Source: an uncultured virus (IMG/VR IMGVR_UViG_3300020036_006490)
Lineage: Duplodnaviria > Heunggongvirae > Uroviricota > Caudoviricetes > Crassvirales
Strand: one strand, 5' to 3'
DNA: 20,000 bases
IMG/VR virus record: IMGVR_UViG_3300020036_006490
Shown: positions 1 through 8,295 of the stretch, in pieces
How positions within the stretch are numbered: the first letter of the stretch is position 1
How the letters are laid out: each line of letters begins with the position of its first letter
The notes under the pieces: model-generated
What the model saw: the letters and a program-made list of their open reading frames with translations, nothing else
Told to the model about the DNA's origin: nothing
Database searches by the model: none
Made by a program: the position numbers and the translations under genes

Positions 1-55
1 TTTCTACACCTTCTACTGAATAAGGAGCTATTAATTTTATTTTGGATAAATCCAT
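1..55 (-). CDS. Hypothetical protein, N-terminus only (MDLSKIKLIAPYSVEGVE...), runs off the window
   Basis: ATG at 55-53 shortly after the stop of the 83-448 gene, open to the window edge, same strand as all neighbours. Confidence 0.55.
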   Translation of the reverse strand, partial: MDLSKIKLIAPYSVEGVE

Positions 56-82
56 TAAGAATGATTAAAACATCATCTTCGG

Positions 83-448
83 TTAAATGTCTTCAGCTAA
101 AATTCTTTCGACATTTCTATAACGTATTCTTGTTAAAAGTTGGTATGAACTAATAGTTCCTGGGTTTATGGTAAATTTCTTACCATTCTTCTCTCCAGTC
201 TCAATAATGCCTATATTTAGTAAGGCTTGACCAAAATGAGTTTTTGGGTTATCTTCTAGGTATTTGGTTAGAAATTGTAATATTTCATTGTTACATTCAA
301 CAATGGTAGATTTCTGTTTTTTGGGATGACTCTCTTCCTTTTTGGATGGCTTCATTATCATATAAACAATTAGTACGATAAGTAGCATTCCTAAGAAGTA
401 AATAATCATCTCAGGATTTTCGTTTGCCCACATTTTAAGTTTTTCCAT
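83..448 (-). CDS. Hypothetical membrane-anchored protein
   Basis: Start moved from 472 to MEKLK at 448, just after the upstream stop at 451. Hydrophobic segment IIYFLGMLLIVLIVYMIM, basic linker, small globular C-terminal domain. Confidence 0.75.
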   Translation of the reverse strand: MEKLKMWANENPEMIIYFLGMLLIVLIVYMIMKPSKKEESHPKKQKSTIVECNNEILQFLTKYLEDNPKTHFGQALLNIGIIETGEKNGKKFTINPGTISSYQLLTRIRYRNVERILAEDI

Positions 449-450
449 AA

Positions 451-897
451 TTATTGTTTTTGAATTTCCCAATTACCAGAAGGGATCTCTGGAAAAGACC
501 CTTTAGGAGATTGATTAATTACGTTAAGAAGTCTATTACCGGCTATATAAATAAAAGCTTTTTTGCCTTCACTAATAAAATAAGAATGTAAATCAAATAA
601 ATTGTTTTCTCTTGTGTCGTTATAGCCTTCTAAAATATTAATTGTATTTAATACTAATCTTGTAACTTTATACAATTCTCCATGTATTTCTGGACCGTTT
701 TCATCAAATACTAATGCTGGATATTGATTGTTTATATTCAATAGCTTAAACGTTCCTTGACGTATTGTTGTTTCTTCAATAAATTCAGATCCTTTTACAT
801 CTAGATATCTGTGATTACTACCACCTCTTTTTAAAGTTCCGTAAACAAATACGAAGATATCCTCTTCTTGTTCTTGTTTGTTTTTCTTTTTAGGCAT
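451..897 (-). CDS. Gamma-glutamylcyclotransferase (GGACT/AIG2-like)
   Basis: N-terminal signature FVFVYGTLKRGGSNH, plus YPAL, IHGELYKV and the catalytic-Glu motif ILEGY. Confidence 0.92.
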   Translation of the reverse strand: MPKKKNKQEQEEDIFVFVYGTLKRGGSNHRYLDVKGSEFIEETTIRQGTFKLLNINNQYPALVFDENGPEIHGELYKVTRLVLNTINILEGYNDTRENNLFDLHSYFISEGKKAFIYIAGNRLLNVINQSPKGSFPEIPSGNWEIQKQ

Positions 898-898
898 A

Positions 899-1546
899 TT
901 ACTCGATTAATAAATTAATAATAGATTTTTTTAACTCGACTAATTTTTTAGTAGCTGCATTTTTTTCAGCAACTTTATTTTGAAATTTCTTTTGCCAATT
1001 AAGTACAGCAATTTCGTAGTTTTTACAAGATTCTTGTAAAGATGTGTTTATTGGTGCTAATTCTTCATTTCGTGCAACTGCTTCTCTAAGACTTGCTTTG
1101 TAGCTTTGATGAGTCTCTTCTGCAGTTTTTTTAAATTCTGTAAAATCTGTTTTACAGTTTTCAAATTTCTTCTGCCAATTAACTATAGCAGTTTCATAGC
1201 TTTTACAAGCATCTTGTAGGGCTGTGTTTTTTAATGTTAATTCTGAAACTTCTCCATTAAGTCTTTCAACTTCTTTTTTTAATTCTTCAGTTTTCTTTTC
1301 AAATTTATCAACTAATTCTTTCTCAAAATTTTCTGTAATTTTAACAATATGTGCTTCAGCTCTTAGCCTTCCTTCGATTTCAATTTTTATAGCTTCTTTC
1401 AAACTACGTACTTCATTTTCTAACATAGTTTTCTTCTTTACCCTTTCAAAGTATTTATTTTTTAAACTTATATTTTCTGATGCTAGTCTTGAAACTTCTT
1501 CTGAAAGCTTTTCGACTTCCTTTTTCAATTCTAGAATTGTAACCAT
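899..1546 (-). CDS. Coiled-coil protein with internal duplication
   Basis: Heptad-rich E/K/L sequence. Repeated blocks ELKKEVExL (x2) and NTxLQxxCKxYExAxxNWQKKFxN (x2). Confidence 0.8.
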   Translation of the reverse strand: MVTILELKKEVEKLSEEVSRLASENISLKNKYFERVKKKTMLENEVRSLKEAIKIEIEGRLRAEAHIVKITENFEKELVDKFEKKTEELKKEVERLNGEVSELTLKNTALQDACKSYETAIVNWQKKFENCKTDFTEFKKTAEETHQSYKASLREAVARNEELAPINTSLQESCKNYEIAVLNWQKKFQNKVAEKNAATKKLVELKKSIINLLIE

Positions 1547-1562
1547 AGGGTAATTTTTATTG

Positions 1563-1889
1563 TTAGTAAATCTCTTTCCCGTTTACCTTAAGAAATGAAT
1601 CTTTAGGTAGTTTATCCAGTTCATCAATTTCTTTGTTTGCTACTGGACCTATTTTATGTAGTACTCTAACTTTGTATGTGCTAGATGCATTTGGTATTGT
1701 ACCATCTACGAATTCTACTTGATATCTATCAAAACGATAGACTAGTTGTTTTTGAGTAGATGATTCGTATTCTGTTTCAGATTTGAGAATAATAGGTAGG
1801 CCAAGGCTAATCAATTTGACTAGCCTGGCTTTCCCTATCAATTCAGTTTGTAATTCGTCGTGGTAAATATTTACAACCTCTCCAATCAT
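1563..1889 (-). CDS. Hypothetical protein (possibly a small beta-barrel)
   Basis: Likely start MIGEVVNIY at 1889, immediately after the upstream stop at 1891. The track start at 1952 would overlap the M15 gene. Confidence 0.7.
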   Translation of the reverse strand: MIGEVVNIYHDELQTELIGKARLVKLISLGLPIILKSETEYESSTQKQLVYRFDRYQVEFVDGTIPNASSTYKVRVLHKIGPVANKEIDELDKLPKDSFLKVNGKEIY

Positions 1890-1890
1890 A

Positions 1891-2583
1891 TTATAACTTA
1901 TACATATGAATGTGCAATCCAGTCGCACGTCTATTTTCAAATATATATTCACTAAATCTATCTCTAAATTCGTCTAATCGACGAGATCTAGGTTTATCTT
2001 CCACGTAAAAAGAAAGCTTATGGTCTTGCAGCCATTCTAGGCCCCCGGGGCTTATAAGCCATTCTAACATATTGCGGCCATGTTTATCCATGTTGATATC
2101 GATGGCTTCGCCTGTGGAGTGTTTGGAGTGCTTGCAATAGAGCCTCCGCATTGAGGTTATTAAAACACTTCCAGGTCCATTATAAGATTTAAGTGCTTTA
2201 CATAGCGAACTATGTAAGTATCTGTCAACGTTAGATGCCACTCTAAATCCTTCAAAAGACATTATTGACGATTTTTTGGATTTATTGATCTTGCGATTCT
2301 TAGCAACGTTGTCAGATTTTTTATTTGAACGGTTTTCGTGCTTCTGGACAGTAAGTTCTGCTAAGGAGTCCACATTACATTGATAGTAATCTATAATCTC
2401 TAACAATTCATCTGTTTTTTGCACAGTCATTTGATGGGTTTCTTTAATTTCTGTATACAAATAAGTACAAGTTGCTAATAGCAGCATATTCATAAATATA
2501 GATACTAATTGAAATTGAGAAAGTTTGAATTCTTTAATCTTGGATTCTATTTTCTCTGTAACCCATTTTGAAGCTAAATACAT
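1891..2583 (-). CDS. Membrane-anchored peptidase M15-family (LAS-type Zn) peptidoglycan peptidase
   Basis: ITSMRR...SKHSTGEAID matches SxHxxGxAxD, with C-terminal HIH. N-terminal hydrophobic segment LVSIFMNMLLLATCTYLY, then a coiled, basic linker. Confidence 0.8.
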   Translation of the reverse strand: MYLASKWVTEKIESKIKEFKLSQFQLVSIFMNMLLLATCTYLYTEIKETHQMTVQKTDELLEIIDYYQCNVDSLAELTVQKHENRSNKKSDNVAKNRKINKSKKSSIMSFEGFRVASNVDRYLHSSLCKALKSYNGPGSVLITSMRRLYCKHSKHSTGEAIDINMDKHGRNMLEWLISPGGLEWLQDHKLSFYVEDKPRSRRLDEFRDRFSEYIFENRRATGLHIHMYKL

Positions 2584-2604
2584 AATATTAATTTAAGTAA
2601 TTTC

Positions 2605-2880
2605 AAAACACACTTTAAACTGATCTGTTTCACCCTCAGCAGGCGCAGACATTTAATATCTGCGGTCAGGTGTGTATAGCATACGAAGAGCCTTGTCAGT
2701 TCAAAGAATCTCTGCTTTTTGGAAAGCAGGATTATTGTGATTCCTCGGTGTGAACTTTTCAACGTATACTCGATTGGATGGCGTAGTATCTCCTACGATT
2801 TTTGGCACCCAAACCGAATCTTTAATCCCATCTCTTCACGAGCCTGAGATATATGCTCTTTTATAATATAGAAGTTTTCC
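2605..2880. ncRNA. Candidate structured non-coding element (element A)
   Basis: GC-enriched intergenic region with nested inverted repeats: AACTGA 2618-23/TCAGTT 2696-2701, CGCAGA 2644-49/TCTGCG 2659-64, CTGCTTT 2712-18/AAAGCAG 2723-29, CGTAG 2782-86/CTACG 2793-97, ATCTC 2830-34/GAGAT 2846-50. Confidence 0.45.
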
Positions 2881-2899
2881 TTCTTTATTTGTAATTTGT

Positions 2900-4255
2900 T
2901 TAATACCGTCTAGACCGTATCCGATACCTAGCGGCTTGTGCGTTTGTACGTCTCGAAGAACTAGAAATTGGTTTGCGGCTATTAGATCCACTATTCATTG
3001 TTCTAGCTTTTTCGGCGTTCAGTTCTTCTTCACGTTTTCTTTTGAGTAATTCATTGCGTTTAATTTTTAGTTTAGAAATTGGTTCCAAGTCAGAAGCTGT
3101 AACGACTTTGTCAACTACAGCTTTAGTTTTTAAATGTTTTTGTCTTTTTAAATACCAGTTTTGTAATACTGGATGAGTTATCACATCAAAGATGTGTATA
3201 TCTGATTCTATAGGTTTATCAAAATCGTATGCGTATTGGCATAAACACTGTAACGCTAAAATCCAATTTTCTAATTGATAAATATCAGAGGTTGCATTTA
3301 CAAATCTGAATTCTTGAAAATTTGCATTAGATTTGGTTGGATATAAAGCATTATATTTTACATCATAATGATTAAACATATAATTAATGACGTCATTTAT
3401 TGATGTATAACGAGAAGTAAAAAATTTACAATAATCATTATCTATTCTGTGTCTTGGTACTATATGTGTAAATCCAGGTTCCAAATATACAAATAAAGTT
3501 AATAGTCTGGTAAGATATTGCCTTTTATTTGCAATATTTAATGTCGGAAGTTTGAAGTTTATATGCAATCCACATGAAGGGTTAACAAACATACAAGGAT
3601 TCCCATCATTAGCTTTAACTTTGAAAAGAAAAAAAGCTTTTCGCAATTCTTTGAAATCATACAAAGCTGGTGTAGAAAATTCTATTTTATAAGCAGCTGT
3701 AGAAAGTGTTAAGCTAATTTCTTCATCCAAAGTTGGAGATTTTGTAATACGTTTAATATTACTGGTAAGGACTTTTAGGTATTCCTTAGTTTCAGCTAAA
3801 CTGTTTTTTATATCTTCCGGTACTTTTTCCATATCTTCAGGAGATAATGTATAATTAACTGCCGCATCCCCTCTATAATTTAAATTATTTATACTTTTTG
3901 TATCTATTGTATATGGAAACTTACCTTCAGTAGCTAATTTCTTTAACTTTTCTTCATCTACTCTAATACTACCATCATGATGTAGATACCAATAAGGATA
4001 TGGGTATAGATCGCCACTAGAACCGCCACTACTATTAGGATTTATAGAACATCCAACAGATTTCATTAATTGCCTCATTGTAATACGATCATAAGCCGTC
4101 CAAGCTTCTATCTCTACGTATGGTAAAAAGTTTGTATCGATTTTAGGTCTAGGGTTTTGTCTAAGGAATTTAGCTAACTCAAGACGAGTTAATTCATCCT
4201 CTAATATTTTTCCGTCTTCTAAGCATTTTAAAGCTTTTTCAGTTATGTTCGGCAT
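2900..4255 (-). CDS. Putative amidoligase (COOH-NH2 ligase, glutamine-synthetase fold, Amidoligase_2-like)
   Basis: Motifs in the expected order: VEIE, HHDGSI, IEFSTPAL, NPSCGLHIN, RxxNxYC, KYNAL, QEFR. Very basic C-terminal tail. Confidence 0.85.
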   Translation of the reverse strand: MPNITEKALKCLEDGKILEDELTRLELAKFLRQNPRPKIDTNFLPYVEIEAWTAYDRITMRQLMKSVGCSINPNSSGGSSGDLYPYPYWYLHHDGSIRVDEEKLKKLATEGKFPYTIDTKSINNLNYRGDAAVNYTLSPEDMEKVPEDIKNSLAETKEYLKVLTSNIKRITKSPTLDEEISLTLSTAAYKIEFSTPALYDFKELRKAFFLFKVKANDGNPCMFVNPSCGLHINFKLPTLNIANKRQYLTRLLTLFVYLEPGFTHIVPRHRIDNDYCKFFTSRYTSINDVINYMFNHYDVKYNALYPTKSNANFQEFRFVNATSDIYQLENWILALQCLCQYAYDFDKPIESDIHIFDVITHPVLQNWYLKRQKHLKTKAVVDKVVTASDLEPISKLKIKRNELLKRKREEELNAEKARTMNSGSNSRKPISSSSRRTNAQAARYRIRSRRY

Positions 4256-5159
4256 TATTTTTCAATTTGTAAAGTGAAGAAATTCTCTTTGTCAGATTAG
4301 AGTATTTTGAAGGTTCAAGTAGAACAAAGTCAATAAAATTTTCTTTAAGTAGGTTATTATTTGAAGACTTTTTACAAAAATGTATTAAAGCAAATCCAAA
4401 CTCTACAATGGAATTAAATTCTTCTATATTTAGTGTAGATCCGAACCAACGAACCTCTAAGCATCTTCTTCCACACTTTGATGCCCATAAATTGAAAACA
4501 CTATTAAAAGAAGTTTTATGATTGTCATCCTTAAAGAATTTTACAATTTGATCTCTGTGATCAGAAAAACTTCTGAAAACTATTCTTGGATCTTCTGTAC
4601 CGTAAGTATTTCCTAAAAAGGAGTTCATATCGGTCAATATTTGAGCACCTCTTTTTCTAGAGGACATCCGGATCATAAAATCAATGTTATTAAATGCGAA
4701 TTCGCATAGTTTTTTGATTACTAACGCTCTTTCCCTGGCATTTTTGCCTAAAAAATCATAATCAATATTAAGATGTATTCCGGCAGTCAGCTTCTCATCA
4801 GAAAATCCTAAGCTTTTTGCTGTTTCCATGAATTTTTTAAGATTGTCTTGAAACCCTGAATTTTTATAAAGAGTCAAACATCTTGGTGCAATATTAGCTT
4901 CTACACCACCACCATCTAAAACAAAGTCTTCGTATAGTGGAAATTCTTCTTTAAAATATGGTATTAAAACGTTTAAAATAACATCGACACTTGGTTTTAT
5001 ACCTTCTGGGACTAATTTATTTGTTGTAATCCATTTCCAAGTAGCGCGTTTTTGAATATGGTCTGGATCATATGCAATTTCATATTCAACTGAAATCATA
5101 TCAGGATCAGAATTAGTTACATATCCAGTATATTTACCTAAATTAATTTCCTTTTGCAT
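4239..5159 (-). CDS. Putative amidoligase (COOH-NH2 ligase), second paralogue
   Basis: Motifs VEYEI, LDGGGVEANIAP, TAGIHLNI, MSSR, LEVRWFGSTLN. Confidence 0.8.
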   Translation of the reverse strand: MQKEINLGKYTGYVTNSDPDMISVEYEIAYDPDHIQKRATWKWITTNKLVPEGIKPSVDVILNVLIPYFKEEFPLYEDFVLDGGGVEANIAPRCLTLYKNSGFQDNLKKFMETAKSLGFSDEKLTAGIHLNIDYDFLGKNARERALVIKKLCEFAFNNIDFMIRMSSRKRGAQILTDMNSFLGNTYGTEDPRIVFRSFSDHRDQIVKFFKDDNHKTSFNSVFNLWASKCGRRCLEVRWFGSTLNIEEFNSIVEFGFALIHFCKKSSNNNLLKENFIDFVLLEPSKYSNLTKRISSLYKLKNNAEHN

Positions 5160-5895
5160 TTTTACTCATTATTTCGTTAATCAATTCGTGAGTAATTAAA
5201 TCACCTACTAAACTTCCAGTTTGTTTGAAAGTCGATGATGATAATAGATTGTACATCCTTTCGGGATGATGTTGTACTCCAGCTATAGGGAGTGTTTTAT
5301 GCTTAAAAGCTTCTACACATTCTACATTATCAGCACTACCAGCACCACTAAAAGCTACAGCTTCTAGATCAGAGCCTAAAATACTAACAGCTTGGTGATG
5401 AGAAGTATTTACTTTATACTCGTGGTTTTTTGATTTGATAATATGCAGTCCTGTATTTACATCATGACCGTCTATATGAGCATACATTTTTGAGCCGAAG
5501 TGTGCAGCTAGTAGCTGAAAGCCTAGACATATTCCAAATATTGGAATCTTGTGTTCAATATAAGAATCTAATAGAAATGTTCTAAAAAATTCAATATGTG
5601 GATCAGTCTTACCATGTTGATAAGATAATTTTCGACCTAAGAATGCTTTATTAGTAGCACTCAGGTCAGCACCTCCAGTAATAATTAATAAGTCAAGATC
5701 ACCTCGAAATTCATCCGGCATTACAAGGCGAGGATTGCCTTTGGTGGCGGCAAAATCGAGATATTGTGACATGGAGTGATTGGAGGTATGTGGTGAGAAT
5801 AGAACTCCGACAGTTCTTCCTGAATTTCCCGATCCCTCTTTGGAGGTGGGGGTAATGGTTTCGGGGATGAACGGACTAACAATGGTTTGTGACAT
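5143..5895 (-). CDS. Class I glutamine amidotransferase / gamma-glutamyl hydrolase (peptidase C26, PuuD-like)
   Basis: LIITGGAD, nucleophile elbow PIFGICLGFQ, VNTSHHQAV, VEAF and GVQHHPE (Cys-His-Glu triad intact). Confidence 0.93.
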   Translation of the reverse strand: MSQTIVSPFIPETITPTSKEGSGNSGRTVGVLFSPHTSNHSMSQYLDFAATKGNPRLVMPDEFRGDLDLLIITGGADLSATNKAFLGRKLSYQHGKTDPHIEFFRTFLLDSYIEHKIPIFGICLGFQLLAAHFGSKMYAHIDGHDVNTGLHIIKSKNHEYKVNTSHHQAVSILGSDLEAVAFSGAGSADNVECVEAFKHKTLPIAGVQHHPERMYNLLSSSTFKQTGSLVGDLITHELINEIMSKNAKGN

Positions 5896-6050
5896 ACCTT
5901 AGAATTGGGTTTTGGTTTTTTAATAAATCTTTTAGTTTTTCCTACGTAATCAATCACAGGTTTAACTGCGATAATCGTAGGCTCCGGGTCATTAGTTTCA
6001 ATATCAAATACTTCAACTAACGTGTCTAAAGCTTCTTCTCTACTGATCAT
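5721..6050 (-). CDS. Hypothetical protein overlapping the GATase 5' end
   Basis: ATG just after the LysM gene stop, fills an otherwise empty gap. The last 175 nt overlap the GATase in another frame and encode a Pro-rich tail. Confidence 0.55.
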   Translation of the reverse strand: MISREEALDTLVEVFDIETNDPEPTIIAVKPVIDYVGKTKRFIKKPKPNSKVCHKPLLVRSSPKPLPPPPKRDREIQEELSEFYSHHIPPITPCHNISILPPPKAILAL

Positions 6051-6057
6051 ACGCTAT

Positions 6058-6816
6058 TTATTTAATTCTTATTCTCTCTCCTGGAAAAACAACGAAATTT
6101 TCTCTATTTTTTACCTTAGGATTGAGATTTAATAATGTTCGAACTTCAATACATTTTGAATCTGCTAACAGCTTTAAGTTTTCACCAGCTTTTATAATGT
6201 GGTATTCAGTACCATTTGATGTACAGACAGTATTGTTGGATGGTTTTGGTATTATAGGTGCTTTAGCATAAAATTTATTTTCTCCTAGTTTAACATAAGA
6301 TACTTTAGAATTCTTTAATCCGATTTCGAAATTAATTTCTTTATTGGTTTCGGATGTTAAAGATGTTTTTAGAATGTTATATTCAATGGTTAAGTTTCGT
6401 GTCCACGGTTTGGAGACTGTAAAATCACAACCCATAGTAATAGCCATGTTTTTATCATATTGCTGTAATGTCAGTTTTGTAGCATCTAAAAGGAAATAGA
6501 AAACTTTATCTGACTTATAGCCGTTATTAGCTGTGGGTAAATAGTGATAAAAAGTTAAAGATTTGTCTAAGACAATATTTTCTTTAATTTCTAAGTTCAA
6601 GGTTGAGTTTGAGGATTCTGGCTCTGGTGAGGATTCTGCAATAGGTTGAGGATCTGGTTGCTTAGGTGCAACTTGTGTTGGAAAGGTGTTTTCCGAGCCA
6701 TTTGTTAGTGATGATACAAAGGAAGTATCAACTACAGGTGTAGGATTCTTAAAAGAATTGGGAGGTGTTGGCGTACATCCTATTAAAAATAGGAAAAATA
6801 TAACAACATTACGCAT
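6058..6816 (-). CDS. Lipoprotein with C-terminal LysM peptidoglycan-binding domain
   Basis: Signal peptide MRNVVIFFLFLIG|C with lipobox Cys, Pro/Ser linker, C-terminal YHIIKAGENLKLLA...LLNLNP...VFPGERIRI. Confidence 0.85.
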   Translation of the reverse strand: MRNVVIFFLFLIGCTPTPPNSFKNPTPVVDTSFVSSLTNGSENTFPTQVAPKQPDPQPIAESSPEPESSNSTLNLEIKENIVLDKSLTFYHYLPTANNGYKSDKVFYFLLDATKLTLQQYDKNMAITMGCDFTVSKPWTRNLTIEYNILKTSLTSETNKEINFEIGLKNSKVSYVKLGENKFYAKAPIIPKPSNNTVCTSNGTEYHIIKAGENLKLLADSKCIEVRTLLNLNPKVKNRENFVVFPGERIRIK

Positions 6817-7519
6817 AATTAAAGAATTTTAATGGTATATCAAGATAGATGTTTTCAATGTTAACTATTTTAACACGTAACTCATCTAATTTATCTGCTA
6901 TGGCTAATTCTAGCCTTTTATCACTACCGTCTCTTTTAGACATATGTATATCTTCAAAAATGTATTCGTTATAAATGTTTTCTTTTACGTTATCTGCAGA
7001 GCTTGCTTGAGGATGCCCTAAAAATTGAACTACATGTCCACTAAAATGATCTTTGCTTAACTCTAAAGGTTCTGCATAACGAACCTCAGTTTCATAGTGT
7101 TTATCCAAATTTATTACTTTATAGACAGATTTATCTTTAGCATAATTTCCTCTCATGTGAGATCTTTCTAAAATGTTTACAGTACCTCTTATCAAATCTG
7201 GTTTCCCTAATTCATAAAATGGATCGTTCAGCACTCTATACTTAGAGGACAACATGTTTTTACTAGGAATTATATAATTAAATGGGGGATCCATGTAGTT
7301 AAATAATTTAGAATGTAATGGATATCTAATAACCCATTTACGCCAATTGAAATTGACATGCATTTCAGCATCTTCAGCACTATAGTGAACAAAAATACCA
7401 CAAGCTTCTTTTGGATTTATGTGTGACAATGTAGGCAATTCTTTTATTTGTACAAAATCTCCAATACTAATTGGAATAATGTTTTTTGAATGCAATAGTT
7501 TTGTTACTCTATCTGCCAT
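6809..7519 (-). CDS. Hypothetical protein, member 4 of SH3/KOW-like paralogue array (large insertions)
   Basis: Likely start MADRV at 7519. Motifs IGDFVQI, YIIP, FSGHVVQF and VKIVNIENIYLDIPL match the neighbours. Confidence 0.75.
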   Translation of the reverse strand: MADRVTKLLHSKNIIPISIGDFVQIKELPTLSHINPKEACGIFVHYSAEDAEMHVNFNWRKWVIRYPLHSKLFNYMDPPFNYIIPSKNMLSSKYRVLNDPFYELGKPDLIRGTVNILERSHMRGNYAKDKSVYKVINLDKHYETEVRYAEPLELSKDHFSGHVVQFLGHPQASSADNVKENIYNEYIFEDIHMSKRDGSDKRLELAIADKLDELRVKIVNIENIYLDIPLKFFNYA

Positions 7520-7922
7520 TAGTTTTGTTTTCGAGTAAACAAACAGGGATAAAAAGATAAGTATAATTATATACAATTTTAGCCCAAATATCTGGAGAAT
7601 CTGTTATTTCTCCTTTATAATCTTCAGCCTTTTGAGTTCTCATATTTGGCATTTTATGAAAAGAAACTATCTCGCCAGATATAGGCGGATTAGCATTATC
7701 AATAGTTCCAAATATCAAATTTCTAGGAATCGTAAACAGCGTTTTTCTGTCTGTTATTGTTTCGGCAATATCTTTCCTATAATTTCTTAAGGTATATGCC
7801 CAATAATACGAGGTTTTGTTTAACGCATGTTGTGTTAATCTCCCACTTTTTGGGTTTTCTGGATCCTTAGCTGTAGAAATTCTATAAGGTCTTATAAGTT
7901 TTACTGTATCTCCTATTTTCAT
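7509..7922 (-). CDS. Hypothetical protein, member 3 of SH3/KOW-like paralogue array
   Basis: IGDTVKL, FTIPRNLIF, ISGEIVSF, WAKIVYNYTYLFIPVCLL. Confidence 0.8.
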   Translation of the reverse strand: MKIGDTVKLIRPYRISTAKDPENPKSGRLTQHALNKTSYYWAYTLRNYRKDIAETITDRKTLFTIPRNLIFGTIDNANPPISGEIVSFHKMPNMRTQKAEDYKGEITDSPDIWAKIVYNYTYLFIPVCLLENKTNGR

Positions 7923-8290
7923 TATAATTCTTTTAAAGTTTCTATAGGCAAGTAGCCATAAACACTATGCCCATTTACTATGACTACTACTTTGGCGTAT
8001 AATCCGACTTCATCAAAGTCAGCACCTTCGTAAGTTTTAAATTTTGTAATTTTCTGTTCGTGGGTTTGTTCTAATAGGTCTATACATTCTACCAATTCCA
8101 CTAAATAGAACGGACCATCTAAAGTTTTAGAATCTGCTGGAAGATAACAGAACCAAGTTCTTGGCAATTCGTCTTTAGTGCTAATTTGCCACACTAAATC
8201 ATACTTACCTAATACAGAATCAATTAAACATTCGGCATGAGCTATTGCGTATTCTTTAGCTAATGTAACAGTTTTCATGTAAAGATACAT
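7922..8290 (-). CDS. Hypothetical protein, member 2 of SH3/KOW-like paralogue array
   Basis: KTVTL, CYLP, YAKVVVIVNGHSVYGYLPIETL. Confidence 0.75.
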   Translation of the reverse strand: MYLYMKTVTLAKEYAIAHAECLIDSVLGKYDLVWQISTKDELPRTWFCYLPADSKTLDGPFYLVELVECIDLLEQTHEQKITKFKTYEGADFDEVGLYAKVVVIVNGHSVYGYLPIETLKEL

Positions 8291-8295
8291 TTTAT

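Noticed and set aside
2574..2762. 62-aa minus-strand ORF
   Set aside because: TTG start, atypical composition, and it coincides with dense inverted repeats better explained as RNA structure.
5896..5945. Programmed -1 frameshift fusing the 109-aa ORF to the GATase at the A-runs
   Set aside because: An in-frame TAA two codons before the GATase ATG blocks a fusion from these sites.
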